A stretch of 64,000 nucleotides of DNA from Thermoproteota archaeon (GCA_029258835.1 JAPDJY010000006.1:16497-80496); one strand, 5' to 3'; counted from the stretch's first letter, positions 41,011 through 51,337 are shown. Notes: generated from the letters alone by a model not told the origin. Translations and numbers: made by a program.

Positions 41011-41250
41011 TTATATGGAAGAAACTATCCTTTCCAAGACCCTCTTACCCTCGTCTGAAAGGGCAATCCCCCCTTCCTCCTCCCTGACAAGCCCTATTTC
41101 TAGGAAAACGTTAATTTTCGCTTTAACAATCCTCTCACTTACACCAGAAAAATCGGCTATCTCGCTTATAGAGGTAGCCCCCATTCCTAGTGCAAGAAGA
41201 ACCTTCACGCCTCCCTCACCTATAAGCTGCGCCTCCGGAATAACCCTCAT
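41011..41250 (-). CDS. Small winged-helix protein
   Basis: SISEIA..SGVS.....K......GLV...wing pattern. Confidence 0.6.
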   Translation of the reverse strand: MRVIPEAQLIGEGGVKVLLALGMGATSISEIADFSGVSERIVKAKINVFLEIGLVREEEGGIALSDEGKRVLERIVSSI

Positions 41251-41257
41251 CTAATAA

Positions 41258-41920
41258 TCACCGTCCCTCACCACTAATTCTGAAATCGAATTTTGAAAGA
41301 TCTATTATTAGAAGGCGATCGGCTTCATACGGCTCCAACGACTTAAGCTTTATCACGACCATGTTCCTCTTTATCTTCCGTATTTCCGGGTTCAACTTTT
41401 CACTATGCAGCTTCTCCAGGAGAAACTCTATGAACTTGGATGGAATCTCTCTCACCTCTCCACTAATAATCATTTTCCCAACATCTCCAAGAAAGTACTG
41501 GCTGTTCCTGCCTCCGCGGCGGATGCTAATTAACCCCGCATTCAGCATTCTCTTTACATGCCATCTAACGGTATCATGGTGGAGGCCGGAGAACTCTACA
41601 ATATCCCCCTGCTGAACCCCCGGATTCTCGGCGATAAACTCGAATATTCTTCGCGCATTCTCATTTCTTAAAAGGAGGAAGGCCTTCTCGGTCCTAGCAT
41701 CCCTTAAATATTTGGGGTAAAAGACCGCTCTCCCACCACACTTCGTTTTCTCGAGCAGCCCTCCTGCCTCAAGCACCCTAAGGTGCCACGCCAACGTCCC
41801 AGTAGGAATGGACAGTTCATTGGCAATCTCAAAAAAGTATGCCCCTGGATTTTCACATATCCAACGATAAATCTCTTGGCGAACCGGGTGTTGAAGACAC
41901 CCTAAACGCTTACTTAACAA
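41258..41920 (-). CDS. Double winged-helix transcriptional regulator
   Basis: Two repeats of R..I...I.ENPG....I.......WH...L...GL. Confidence 0.85.
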   Translation of the reverse strand: MLSKRLGCLQHPVRQEIYRWICENPGAYFFEIANELSIPTGTLAWHLRVLEAGGLLEKTKCGGRAVFYPKYLRDARTEKAFLLLRNENARRIFEFIAENPGVQQGDIVEFSGLHHDTVRWHVKRMLNAGLISIRRGGRNSQYFLGDVGKMIISGEVREIPSKFIEFLLEKLHSEKLNPEIRKIKRNMVVIKLKSLEPYEADRLLIIDLSKFDFRISGEGR

Positions 41921-42172
41921 AAAACATCACCAACCACGTTATCAATACGTTAACGCCTCTATCTTTTATTTAAGCAAACCATTAAATAATATTTACTGAA
42001 ACTCTAACCTTAAGCTTTTAAAATAAGGTTAAAGGTGGGGGAGCGTTACGTGGATTCCGAATGTTGAAGGAATACCCACTGAGAGCTTAGGGTGCATCAG
42101 TAAAGGAAAAAAGTTTTTTATAATTTAGCGTAGAGTTGAAGGTAAGGTGGCTTCTTCTTCGAGGGTTCGGAG

Positions 42173-43093
42173 ATGCGTTCGGTGTCCGTAGTAGTTTGCA
42201 CGTTTAACCGTAAGAAGGACATTGTCGAATGCGTGGAAAGCATCTTAAATCAAGATTACCCCGACTTTGACGTATGGGTTATCGACGATGCATCGACGGA
42301 TGGAACAATGGAAGCTCTGAGGGACGCCTTCTCGGGGGAAAAGAGGCTTCACCTGATAAGGAACGAGGTTGAACTTGGAAACACTCTCTCCAGAAACATT
42401 GCCATGCGTACTTCGAAGGGTGAAATAATCGCCTCGACGGATGACGACTGCATCGTCGCCGAGGACTGGCTTTCAAACTTGGTAAAGGTGTTTGACGAAG
42501 GAGACGACATAGGACTCGTATGTGGACGAGTCCTACCGATCTTCTACACCCCAGTACCAGAATGGCTTAAACCCCCAATCTACCCCATACTAGCCATTAG
42601 AACCGAAAAGGAAAGAACAGAGCACCTCAGCCCTTACGGCTGCAACATGGCTGTCCGGAGAGACGTGATGGAAAAAGTAAACTATCTCAACGAGGACATA
42701 ACCCGGAAGCATGGAACCCTCTACTCCGGAGAGGACACCGACCTAGGATTAAGGGTGCGCGCCGCAGGGTACAGGGTCGTCTACACGCCTGACGCAGTGG
42801 TAAAACACAAAATGTTCCCCTACAGGCTTACAAGAGAACACTTCATCGAGAGAGCCCTCTACTTCGGAATGTCCGAAGTAATGTTCTCCGGCAAGAACAC
42901 TTGGGGGATCCTCGACGCAGCAGCCAACATAACAGCATACTTCATAAGATACATCATCAGGCCAAGATTCTACAATTTAACCCTAATAGCCTACAAGTTC
43001 GGCTGGCTCCTTAAAGCCCTAGGGGGAGGAGAGGAAGAAGCCACCAAAGCAAAGGAATGGTTCATGAGGTTCGCGCAGAAAGCAAAAAAATGA
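42173..43093 (+). CDS. GT2 glycosyltransferase
   Basis: VVVCTFNR, IDDASTDG, TDDD, GEDTDL. Confidence 0.92.
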   Translation: MRSVSVVVCTFNRKKDIVECVESILNQDYPDFDVWVIDDASTDGTMEALRDAFSGEKRLHLIRNEVELGNTLSRNIAMRTSKGEIIASTDDDCIVAEDWLSNLVKVFDEGDDIGLVCGRVLPIFYTPVPEWLKPPIYPILAIRTEKERTEHLSPYGCNMAVRRDVMEKVNYLNEDITRKHGTLYSGEDTDLGLRVRAAGYRVVYTPDAVVKHKMFPYRLTREHFIERALYFGMSEVMFSGKNTWGILDAAANITAYFIRYIIRPRFYNLTLIAYKFGWLLKALGGGEEEATKAKEWFMRFAQKAKK

Positions 43094-43123
43094 AGTAAAA
43101 ACGTAAAAGGAAAGGTTAGCAAA

Positions 43124-43471
43124 ATGATGAAGCACGTGAATAAATACTGCGCCTCCGAAAGGCTGAAATCCCTCTCAATAATATCCTCAGTAGTGATCTC
43201 AAGGCACATGGCGTACCTAAACGGCGGCAAGGAGCCGGAAGGCCAGGACGTCCTCCTATGGATGCTAGACGCTGTGTGCAGCGAAGCAGACCTCCTGGCA
43301 ACAACGGCCAGTTCAACCATCCTAAAGCAAGCATCCTCCCTCCTGAAGATGGCCAGGGAGAACGTTGCAACAGGAAAACTAGACGAAGCCCTGAGAAAAA
43401 TCTCGGAGGCAACGACTAGGATAACCACCCAAGCAGACTACGCCCTAAGAAAGCTTGAAGAAAAAGATTAG
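43124..43471 (+). CDS. Hypothetical helical-bundle protein
   Basis: 115-aa ORF with amphipathic helices that fills the gap between neighbouring genes. Confidence 0.55.
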   Translation: MMKHVNKYCASERLKSLSIISSVVISRHMAYLNGGKEPEGQDVLLWMLDAVCSEADLLATTASSTILKQASSLLKMARENVATGKLDEALRKISEATTRITTQADYALRKLEEKD

Positions 43472-43484
43472 AAAAATTAGCTTT

Positions 43485-44000
43485 CTAAGAAGCCTCAACA
43501 GAATACACCAGAATCATACGGTAATCCTGGTTGAACGTTACAGCGTAGGGCATCGAAGTTTCATTGCCAAACTTGGGAACCATCCCGAAGCACTGGTCAA
43601 CAACCCTCCAACCGCTAGGCCAAACATTCTTGAGCAACATCGCTGAAACGATAAGGTATCCTTCTCCCTCAACGTTTAGCGTCGCAGTCGGGTTAAACCA
43701 CTCCTGAAGCCACGTTGCGCCAGAGTAGTGCCAGCCAGTAGTTCCGTTACCTACAGTGAACGCAGCCTTAACGCCAGACGAATCCACAGCAATGAACACG
43801 AACAGGATTAAATCCCCACTTTCCTGAACGTAATACGCTGGAACCCTCAGCGACAGGCTGTAGCTTGAGCAAGCCCTCGCTTGTCTTTCTCCATTCACGC
43901 TCACCGGGGGTGCTAAGGCAAAGCCGGCAATAGATGGCGCCATTGCGACGAGTACCATTGAAACGAGCAAAAGGGCGGTAAACACCTTTAACTTCAACAT
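43485..44000 (-). CDS. Secreted hypothetical protein
   Basis: Basic then hydrophobic signal peptide; GGAGG upstream. Confidence 0.6.
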   Translation of the reverse strand: MLKLKVFTALLLVSMVLVAMAPSIAGFALAPPVSVNGERQARACSSYSLSLRVPAYYVQESGDLILFVFIAVDSSGVKAAFTVGNGTTGWHYSGATWLQEWFNPTATLNVEGEGYLIVSAMLLKNVWPSGWRVVDQCFGMVPKFGNETSMPYAVTFNQDYRMILVYSVEAS

Positions 44001-44148
44001 TCAGCCCTCCACTTTGCACCTCTCCAGAAAACAAAGCTACACCATAATATAACTTTAACGTAACTTCCAGATTTTCTTTCCTCATAAGGGGTATGAAGGC
44101 ACGCAATCCCACATTTTGGTTTTGAAGTGGGTGTTACCCCCCTGCTGG

Positions 44149-44200
44149 GGGTGGTCCCCACCTCCACCAGCAGTTTAGGGAGGTGGTTCAGCCCTCACCC
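44149..44200 (-). promoter_or_regulatory. Candidate SECIS element (eukaryote-like K-turn hairpin) overlapping the vhuU stop codon
   Basis: GG-GCT-GA-A-CCACCTCC-[CTAAACTGCTGGT]-GGAGGTGG-G-GA-CC: tandem G.A core, 8-bp upper helix, AAA in the apical loop. Confidence 0.65.
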
Positions 44201-44337
44201 AATACTACCTCTTTCTCGGCAACTTTCCTGCCCTTGTGGTCCACCACGATTAGATGTGCTGAGCATGCCAGTCAGCAGTCATAGGCTCTCATAACCATCT
44301 CGATCAGGTTCAGAAGCTTGGGGTCAACGTCCACCAT
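44188..44337 (-). CDS. vhuU: Selenoprotein VhuU, small subunit carrying the C-terminal Ni ligands of the [NiFeSe] hydrogenase (49 aa, Sec22)
   Basis: MVDVDPKLLNLIEMVMRAYDC-U-LACSAHLIVVDHKGRKVAEKEVVLGEG; in-frame TGA at 44272-44274; GGAGG SD; upstream large subunit lacks the L2 motif. Confidence 0.93.
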
Positions 44338-44389
44338 TAATCAATCCCTCCACAACTTTTCATCCAAATTGGGAAAACCCTTATGCGTC

Positions 44390-45718
44390 CTACTTAAACC
44401 ATGGTTCTGGAAACTTTAACTTCTCGTGTATTTTATCCTCGAATATCTGCTTCGCTGTAACTAGCATCGACTTCTCCACTGCTGCGATGTTATTGTTTGT
44501 TGCCACGATCAGGTTCGCCTTCTTTATCACTCCCTCGTCATCCGTCCAGTAGTTGTAGATGAGCGTCCCTCTGGGGGCCTCAACGATCGCTACCCCCACG
44601 CCCTCCTTCGGAGTCACCGTTTCAAGCTTAACGTCGGCACTAACTATTTCAGGATCCTCTAGCAGCTTCTTAGCTTTTTCAACAGCCTGAACCAGCTCGA
44701 TTATCCTAGCCCAGTTGTAGGCAAGAGTTGCATGGCATGGTCTCCCAACAGTGTCCCTGAACTCCTTAAGGAGCTCCTGGGCTTTCGGCGTCTCCATCCT
44801 GTCGGCAACGTTGATCCTCGCCAGTGGACCTGCACGCCATATTCCGTCAGGGTAGCCGGCAGGCTTAAAGAAGATGTGCGTAGCGTACGAGTGAGGGGCG
44901 ACACGCTCTCCGGCGTACTTGAGGTAGTCCCCCTTCGGGAAGTCCGCTGCAACCTTACCGTCAGGGTCCATGACTCTAACCGTCGCCTTGGGATCATAGA
45001 TTGTGTGAACTCCCTCAACGTTCAAGCCAATGTAATATGTGGGCACAACTCCGAGCTTCGTGATCACGTCAAGGTATCCTTCAACGATCTTCCTCGTCAC
45101 TTCAACGGTGAAATCAGCCAGTTCCTCGCCCTCATTGACCAGTTTAAGCAGCTCATCCCTTTCCTCCTCGGTTAACCGTTTAGCCATTCCTCCCGGAATC
45201 CCCGTGACAGGGTGGACAGAGCGGCCGCCCACATACCTGCAGATCGTCTGACCAACACGCATAAGAGCTATAGCCTTCTTAGCAGCGTCAGGCATGTTCT
45301 TGATTATCCCAACAAGGTTCCTTACGGATGGATCGGCGAATGGACCAGCCAGAAAGTCTGGTGCGGCTAGAGCATAAAAGTGCAGTGCATGACTTGAAAT
45401 CTGCTTACCCTGCATTAAAAGGTCTCTAAGCTTCACCGCTGCAGAGGGTGGAGTAACATCCCATGCAGCCTCAACAGCCTCTAAGCTGCATACGTGATGG
45501 GGCTCAGGGCATATCCCACAGATCCTCGGAGTCAGCCGTGGAGCCTGCTCTGCGAGACGCCCTTCAAGAAACTTCTCAAACATGCGTGTGAGAGTGATGC
45601 TAAACATCAGGTCGTCCACTTCGCCCCTCTCGTTCAGCTTAAGAACTATTTTCGCATGACCCTCAAGCCTCGTCGCAGGCTCAATAACAATAGTCCTTTC
45701 CTCACCCATTTTCCCCAC
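44390..45718 (-). CDS. vhuA: F420-non-reducing hydrogenase large subunit (split type, lacks C-terminal CxxC)
   Basis: TRLEGH, L1 motif RICGICPEPH, EAPRGTL, IVAT; ends without RAYDPCxxCxxH. Confidence 0.93.
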   Translation of the reverse strand: MGKMGEERTIVIEPATRLEGHAKIVLKLNERGEVDDLMFSITLTRMFEKFLEGRLAEQAPRLTPRICGICPEPHHVCSLEAVEAAWDVTPPSAAVKLRDLLMQGKQISSHALHFYALAAPDFLAGPFADPSVRNLVGIIKNMPDAAKKAIALMRVGQTICRYVGGRSVHPVTGIPGGMAKRLTEEERDELLKLVNEGEELADFTVEVTRKIVEGYLDVITKLGVVPTYYIGLNVEGVHTIYDPKATVRVMDPDGKVAADFPKGDYLKYAGERVAPHSYATHIFFKPAGYPDGIWRAGPLARINVADRMETPKAQELLKEFRDTVGRPCHATLAYNWARIIELVQAVEKAKKLLEDPEIVSADVKLETVTPKEGVGVAIVEAPRGTLIYNYWTDDEGVIKKANLIVATNNNIAAVEKSMLVTAKQIFEDKIHEKLKFPEPWFK

Positions 45719-46633
45719 CTACTTCCTCCTGTCAGTTACCGCCCTCGGTATTATCGCTGATGGAAGAGTAAACCTGCTGAACGTGCCGACAACATCCTTA
45801 ACAGCCTTAACAAGCTCCTCAGGACTGACCGACTCGTAATCCACAATCGACGCCAGCGCGCTAAGCATCTTAGCCCCCTGATCCAACACGTTAGGCCCGG
45901 GACCCATACACCCCTTGCAAGGGACCCCCGCAGACGGACACACCGCGCCGCACCCCGCCCTAGTCGCAGGACCCATGCAGATGTACCCTTGCTCCAGCAG
46001 GCACTTCTCAGGGTCAGGTATGCCCTCAAAGTCCCTCTTAATCTTCTTAACAACCACAACGTCCGATTTAACACGTGGACACTCGTCGCAAAGGGTTCTC
46101 TCCTTAAGCTTCGGCATCTCTCCTTTAAGGAGGCTAGTTAAAACCTCCGCTATCAGCTTAGGCTCAGGAGGACACCCCGGCACTAACAAGTCATACTTGA
46201 CGATGGACGGATTCGGCTTCACGTAGTCAAGCATCTTGGGAACCACCCTGTCGGGTATCCTCCCATCAACTACGCTCTCAGCCTCCATGAACTTACGCCT
46301 CAAAGCCTCATCGATAGGGTAGAGGTTCAGAAGCGCCGGAAGCCCCCCGAAAGTGGAGCATGCACCATAAGAAACCAGCATTTTACACTTCTGACGTGCA
46401 AGCTTCAACAAGTGAACATCCTCTTCCGTCCTGCAGAAACCCTCTGTGAGGCCAAGATCCACCGAGCCGTCGGGGAGCCCCTCAAGATCCTTAAACTTAT
46501 AATCCACGACAGTATGCCAAAAAACTATGTCAAGCTGCGGGATCACATCGAGCAACGCCTCATGCAAGTCTAATAGACTCTGCCAACAACCCCAACAGCT
46601 ACTGAGCTGAATGAATGCTACCTTAACTGGCAT
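45719..46633 (-). CDS. vhuG: F420-non-reducing hydrogenase small subunit
   Basis: SCWGC, GAC...GG, PGCPP, CDEC, CLLEQGYICMGPAT...C...CP....C.GC. Confidence 0.95.
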   Translation of the reverse strand: MPVKVAFIQLSSCWGCWQSLLDLHEALLDVIPQLDIVFWHTVVDYKFKDLEGLPDGSVDLGLTEGFCRTEEDVHLLKLARQKCKMLVSYGACSTFGGLPALLNLYPIDEALRRKFMEAESVVDGRIPDRVVPKMLDYVKPNPSIVKYDLLVPGCPPEPKLIAEVLTSLLKGEMPKLKERTLCDECPRVKSDVVVVKKIKRDFEGIPDPEKCLLEQGYICMGPATRAGCGAVCPSAGVPCKGCMGPGPNVLDQGAKMLSALASIVDYESVSPEELVKAVKDVVGTFSRFTLPSAIIPRAVTDRRK

Positions 46634-46646
46634 GTTAAAACCTCCA

Positions 46647-47063
46647 TTATCCTTTTCGAAGCGGGCTTGGCCCAAGCTCCTTAAGTTTTTTAACAAATTC
46701 TTCGACTGCGTTTACGAGCTCTGCCCCCTCGCTTGCCGATATCCATTTAAGCATTAACCTGTCGGGGTTTAAGCCTAGCTGATGTAGCATCGCCCTTAAG
46801 AGGGCGATCCTGCGTTCAGCACGGTAATTTCCTCTGACGTAGTGGCAATCTCCGGGATGGCAGCCGGCAACTAGGACGCCGTCGGCGCCCAGCTCGAAGG
46901 CTTTCAGGACGAATTGGGGGTCGACTCTGCCGCTGCATAAAACTCTGATGATTCTGATGTTTGGCGGGTACTGCATCCGGCTCGTGCCGGCCATGTCGGC
47001 TCCTGCGTAACTGCACCAGTTACAGAAGATGCCTAGGATCTTGGGTTCGAAGCCGTCGCTCAT
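46647..47063 (-). CDS. mvhD: Hydrogenase delta subunit MvhD/VhuD (Cys form)
   Basis: FCNWCSYAGAD, CSGRVD, GCHPGDCHY, WISASE. Confidence 0.96.
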   Translation of the reverse strand: MSDGFEPKILGIFCNWCSYAGADMAGTSRMQYPPNIRIIRVLCSGRVDPQFVLKAFELGADGVLVAGCHPGDCHYVRGNYRAERRIALLRAMLHQLGLNPDRLMLKWISASEGAELVNAVEEFVKKLKELGPSPLRKG

Positions 47064-47386
47064 TTCCATCATCTCCTTCATATAGTGAGGGGATGGTAAA
47101 GGTAAAAACTCGTATTTCACGAGCTTCTTTCCTTATTTTAAAGTTTCGGGAGAGGCTGCGTGTCACCCTTTAAGGCTGAAGCCATAGGTGGCTGCCATGT
47201 TTCTTAGGTCGTTGAGGTGGGGAACGGTGGAACATGTTTTTTCAACTTTGTTGCGAGACGTCGGCTCGGAGGGATTCTGGGCTTTCAGCGGAAAAGATAA
47301 ATATTTTTAGTAGTCTTAAGTTGGTTGCGTTAGGGGGGCTCCCCCCGCAGCTGCATGGTTACTTTAAAGCTTGAAGGAGGCTCTTT

Positions 47387-49363
47387 ATGGGTGAGAAGGT
47401 GGGCGAGGAACCGCGGGTAGGCGTTTTCATATGTCATTGCGGCACCAACATTGCCGGCGTAATAGATGTTGAGGAACTGGTCAGGTATGCTTCGAAGCTT
47501 CCCGGGGTGGTCGTCGCTAAGGATTACAGGTTCATGTGTTCCGATCCGGGTCAGAACCTCATCAAGGAAAGCATAAGAGACTTTAAGCTTAACAGGGTCG
47601 TGGTTGCCGCGTGTAGTCCGCGTCTCCACGAGGAAACGTTCAGGGAGACCGTGAGGGAGGCCGGCCTTAACCCTTTCCTTTTCGAGATGGCGAACATAAG
47701 GGAGCATTCAAGCTGGGTTCACATGTGGCAGCCTAAGGAGGCGACGGAGAAGGCTAAAGACCTTATAAGGATGGCTGTTGCTAAGGCTAGAGACCTGGAA
47801 CCCCTAGAAGTCAGGAAGGTTCCGGTTAAACCGTCCTGCCTCGTAATTGGCGGGGGGATAGCAGGCATATCCGCCGCCTTAGACTTAGCCGATGCAGGAT
47901 TCGAGGTTCACCTTGTTGAGCGTACACCTTCCATAGGGGGCCATATGGCCCAGCTTGATAAAACGTTCCCTACAATGGACTGTTCCGCATGCATTTTAAC
48001 TCCCAAAATGGTTATGGTGTCCCGCCACCCAAACATAAAATTGCACACTTACTCGGAAGTAGTAGACGTCGACGGATACGTTGGAAACTTTAAGGTTAAG
48101 ATCCCTGAAAAGGCGAAGTACGTGAAGGATCGTGAATGCACGGGTTGTGGGCTCTGCGCCGATGTCTGCCCGGTGCACGTTCCCAACGAGTTCGAGCTAG
48201 GGCTTGGTGCAAGGAAGGCTATTTACATACCCTTCCCTCAGGCAGTCCCTAATACTTACGTCATAGATAAGGAAAAGTGTATCGAGTGCGGCCTATGTGC
48301 GCAGGTATGCGAAGCCCAAGCCATAGACTTCAACATGAAGGATAAGGAGGTCGAGGTGGAGGTAGGCACGATAATAGTTGCCACGGGCTACGACATTTTC
48401 CACCCTTACGAAATGCAACAGTATGGTTACGGTAAGTACGAGAACGTGATAACCTCCCTTCACATGGAGCGTCTCCTAAGCGCCTACGGCCCAACCGGGG
48501 GGAAGGTTGTCGTCCCCTCGACGGGGGAGAAGCCGAAGCGGATAGCCTTCATCCAATGCGTCGGCTCAAGGGATGAACACTACTTCCCCTACTGCTCGAG
48601 AGTCTGCTGCATGTACAGTCTTAAGCATGCAAGGCAGATAAAGGAAAAGTACCCCGACGCTGAAACCTACATTTTCTTCATAGACATGAGAACCTTCGGG
48701 AAAGGGTACGAAGAGTTCTATGAAACGGCAGCTAAGGAGTACGGTGTCAAATGCATTAGAGGCAAGGTGGCCGAAATATACGAGGACCCCAAGACCAAGA
48801 AGCTTATAGTTAGGGCCGAGGAGACCCTTCTAGGAGACCCAATAGAAATGGAGTTCGACTTGGTCGTGCTAGCCTCCGCCGTAAAGCCGAGCGAAACAAC
48901 GGACGAAATACAAAGGATACTAAAGCTTTCAAAGAGCCCTGACGGCTTCCTCTTAGAAGCACACCCCAAGCTAAGACCCGTAGACACGTTCGCAGATGGA
49001 GTGTTCCTTGCTGGGATGGCTCAAGGCCCAAAAGACATACCCGACGCGGTCTCCCAGGCTAAGGGCGCCGCATCCGGGGCAGCCGCCCTAATGGGGAAAG
49101 GCGAGGTCGAGATAGAACCGTACTACGCAGTGGTAAACCAGGAAATATGCTCCGGTTGTAAAACGTGTAGTGGAATATGCCCCTACGGAGCAATAAGCTA
49201 CAACGAGGAGGGAAAAGCGGAAATCAACAGCGTACTCTGTAAGGGCTGCGGGGCATGCGCGGCGGCATGCCCAAGCGGAGCCATAGAGCCAAACCACTTC
49301 AAGTTCAAGCAGATCTTGGATACGATAATAGCAGCATTCCAAGAAGAAACAACATCAACATAA
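47387..49363 (+). CDS. hdrA: Heterodisulfide reductase subunit A (Cys form)
   Basis: CHCG.NI, ACSP..HE, GGGIAG, KTFPTMDCSAC, ferredoxin motifs, QCVGSR, GPKDI. Confidence 0.97.
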   Translation: MGEKVGEEPRVGVFICHCGTNIAGVIDVEELVRYASKLPGVVVAKDYRFMCSDPGQNLIKESIRDFKLNRVVVAACSPRLHEETFRETVREAGLNPFLFEMANIREHSSWVHMWQPKEATEKAKDLIRMAVAKARDLEPLEVRKVPVKPSCLVIGGGIAGISAALDLADAGFEVHLVERTPSIGGHMAQLDKTFPTMDCSACILTPKMVMVSRHPNIKLHTYSEVVDVDGYVGNFKVKIPEKAKYVKDRECTGCGLCADVCPVHVPNEFELGLGARKAIYIPFPQAVPNTYVIDKEKCIECGLCAQVCEAQAIDFNMKDKEVEVEVGTIIVATGYDIFHPYEMQQYGYGKYENVITSLHMERLLSAYGPTGGKVVVPSTGEKPKRIAFIQCVGSRDEHYFPYCSRVCCMYSLKHARQIKEKYPDAETYIFFIDMRTFGKGYEEFYETAAKEYGVKCIRGKVAEIYEDPKTKKLIVRAEETLLGDPIEMEFDLVVLASAVKPSETTDEIQRILKLSKSPDGFLLEAHPKLRPVDTFADGVFLAGMAQGPKDIPDAVSQAKGAASGAAALMGKGEVEIEPYYAVVNQEICSGCKTCSGICPYGAISYNEEGKAEINSVLCKGCGACAAACPSGAIEPNHFKFKQILDTIIAAFQEETTST

Positions 49364-49624
49364 ACGCTAAGAATCATAATAAGACGCCAATAAAAGCCAC
49401 ATATAACCCCACTGAAAACACAACTCATCAGGATCGTTTCGAGCTCGAAATCCATAATCAAGTGGATGAATAAGGGCTCATCTCTTATCACTCTTCTCCT
49501 TTATGATTTTATCTCTCATTTTCTATCCTCTTATTTTCTGTAAATGTTTATATCTTTTTCAAAAAATTTATTAAGTTGCTTCTTCCTTGAAGGCTCGCTT
49601 TTGAACGGTTTTACTGTCTAATGG

Positions 49625-50907
49625 GTGCGGTGTGTTAGAGGGGTCGGCGTGTTTGAGGGGTCGTGGAGAGGTGAAAGGAGAAAGAAAAGTGAGGGAGATG
49701 TTAGCGAGGTGGCTGATGAGGGGTTGTCGTGGCGGGAGGAAGTACTGTTAAGGGTTGGCAAGGCTGCAAGAGGAAGACACTCCACTCAGCCGCCGTCAAA
49801 ACTGAACGCTGTGGTTAAAGAAGCCTTCTCGAGAGAAAAAGTAGCGAAAAAGAGGCGTTTGACAGGGAGGTGCAGAGGGCAGTTAAGGGTAAATTAGAAG
49901 GCAGCCGAAACATGCTAACAATACCTTACTTCAGGCAGAGGCAAGTAAAGCGAGGAAAAACCGACGAGAAGCTCGCTTTTTAGTAAGGAGGCGGAGGAGA
50001 GAATTAAAAAGATTAAAGACGAGGCTAAGATATTTGAAAAGGAAGAAGCTCTTAGAGGTAGAAATCTTAGTTTTTCGGTAGTGAGTGATGGGAAAGTAGG
50101 AGAGGAAAGGGAGGGGAAGGAAAGGAAGAGTTGAAGAAGGGGAGGGAGGGTGAAGCTGGGCGGGCGGGTGAGGGAGGTGTGGGATGGCGGGAGGGGGCTG
50201 GAGGGCTTGGGGTGGAGGCTGGCGTTCCCGGGCGGGTTTCTCCTTTCGAGGTTGCTGAGCTTCTTTACAGAACTGAGAGAGTGTTAAGAGGTGATCCGGG
50301 GGTTAAGACTGGTGAGTTGTTAGAGAGGATTGTAGAGGAGCTTAAAGATGACGGGTTTGAGGGAAGGGTTAAGAGAGTTGCTCTCGGCTTACGACGGGAG
50401 CTAGGACCACTAGAGGATGTTCCCGGTAAAAAACTCGTAGAAGTGCTTAAGAAAGTGTTGCGGACTGTAAATGGCGCCTCGAGGCATTCTAGTTTGAAAG
50501 TTCCCGTACCGCAGGAAATCACGGAAAGAGGACTTCTTAAGGTGAAGATGGGTGGTATTTCCCTTAAAGAGTGGGACGTCATGAAAAATTTTCTCAAGAA
50601 TAAGGGGGTAGACGTAGACGAGATGGTAAGGGAAGGAGTAGTGGAGGTCATGATCATAAACGTTAGAAAGTGGGGGGAAAGGGTTGTCATTGCTAAGGGG
50701 TGGACTGAACTTTACAACAAGGTCAACGAGAAAGGCTTGACAATTAAAGAAATATGCAGAGAGGTAAACAAGGAAAAGGAGGCGGGAGAACCTAAACTGG
50801 CTGAGAGTACAGTAGCCCGGTTTTTCTGGTTTGTTAATGTTAAATCATCAAAATTTATTTTTCCCCTTAAAAAACATATTTTTTTCTTAAAATTACAGAA
50901 ATTGTAA
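49625..50907 (+). pseudogene. Degenerate, truncated paralog of the N-terminal half of the large protein at 51334-54408
   Basis: Shared blocks GELLERI/GELLEKV and IAKGWTELY...GLTIKEICREV/IIEGWEKLY...NLSIMDLGREI; broken by stops; runs out into AT-rich DNA at ~50830. Confidence 0.6.
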
Positions 50908-51052
50908 TGTAACGATGTTAAAATCGTAGATAAGCCAAAATAAACATGCACTTTTTGAACATTATGCAGAGGGGAGGCGAAGATTCACATTTGATTCGAT
51001 TAAAAGCTCAATTCTTTATATTTTTCAGCCCACAACAGTAAAATATATATGT

Positions 51053-51337
51053 TTGATGGGGTTTGTAGGGTGGCGTCCTGCAGGAGGTGGAGAGGCGCCC
51101 CCATCCCGACGTCTTATCCGTATGAGGGGTGATCGGGGTGAAGCTCCGAAGGGTTATTACGCTGCTCGTAGCCGTGACGTTTCTCATTCAAGGTGCTGGA
51201 TGATCGCTACGAAACCCGGTATGGACCGGTTGAAGTCCGCTAAGGAGGGTGCCTGGAAAGAAGGGTTAGCGAAGTTAGTTGAGCTGGTCAAGGAGGACTT
51301 TAACCCCCCGGGAAAGCTGGAGGTGGGTTCGCGTTGA
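51053..51337 (+). CDS. Hypothetical protein overlapping the start of the large ORF (TTGA overlap)
   Basis: 94-aa ORF after an AT-rich TATA-like region. Confidence 0.4.
   Translation: MMGFVGWRPAGGGEAPPSRRLIRMRGDRGEAPKGYYAARSRDVSHSRCWMIATKPGMDRLKSAKEGAWKEGLAKLVELVKEDFNPPGKLEVGSR

Noticed and set aside
46647-49363. Selenocysteine in MvhD or HdrA
   Set aside because: Both ORFs are uninterrupted, with Cys at the positions recoded in other archaea.
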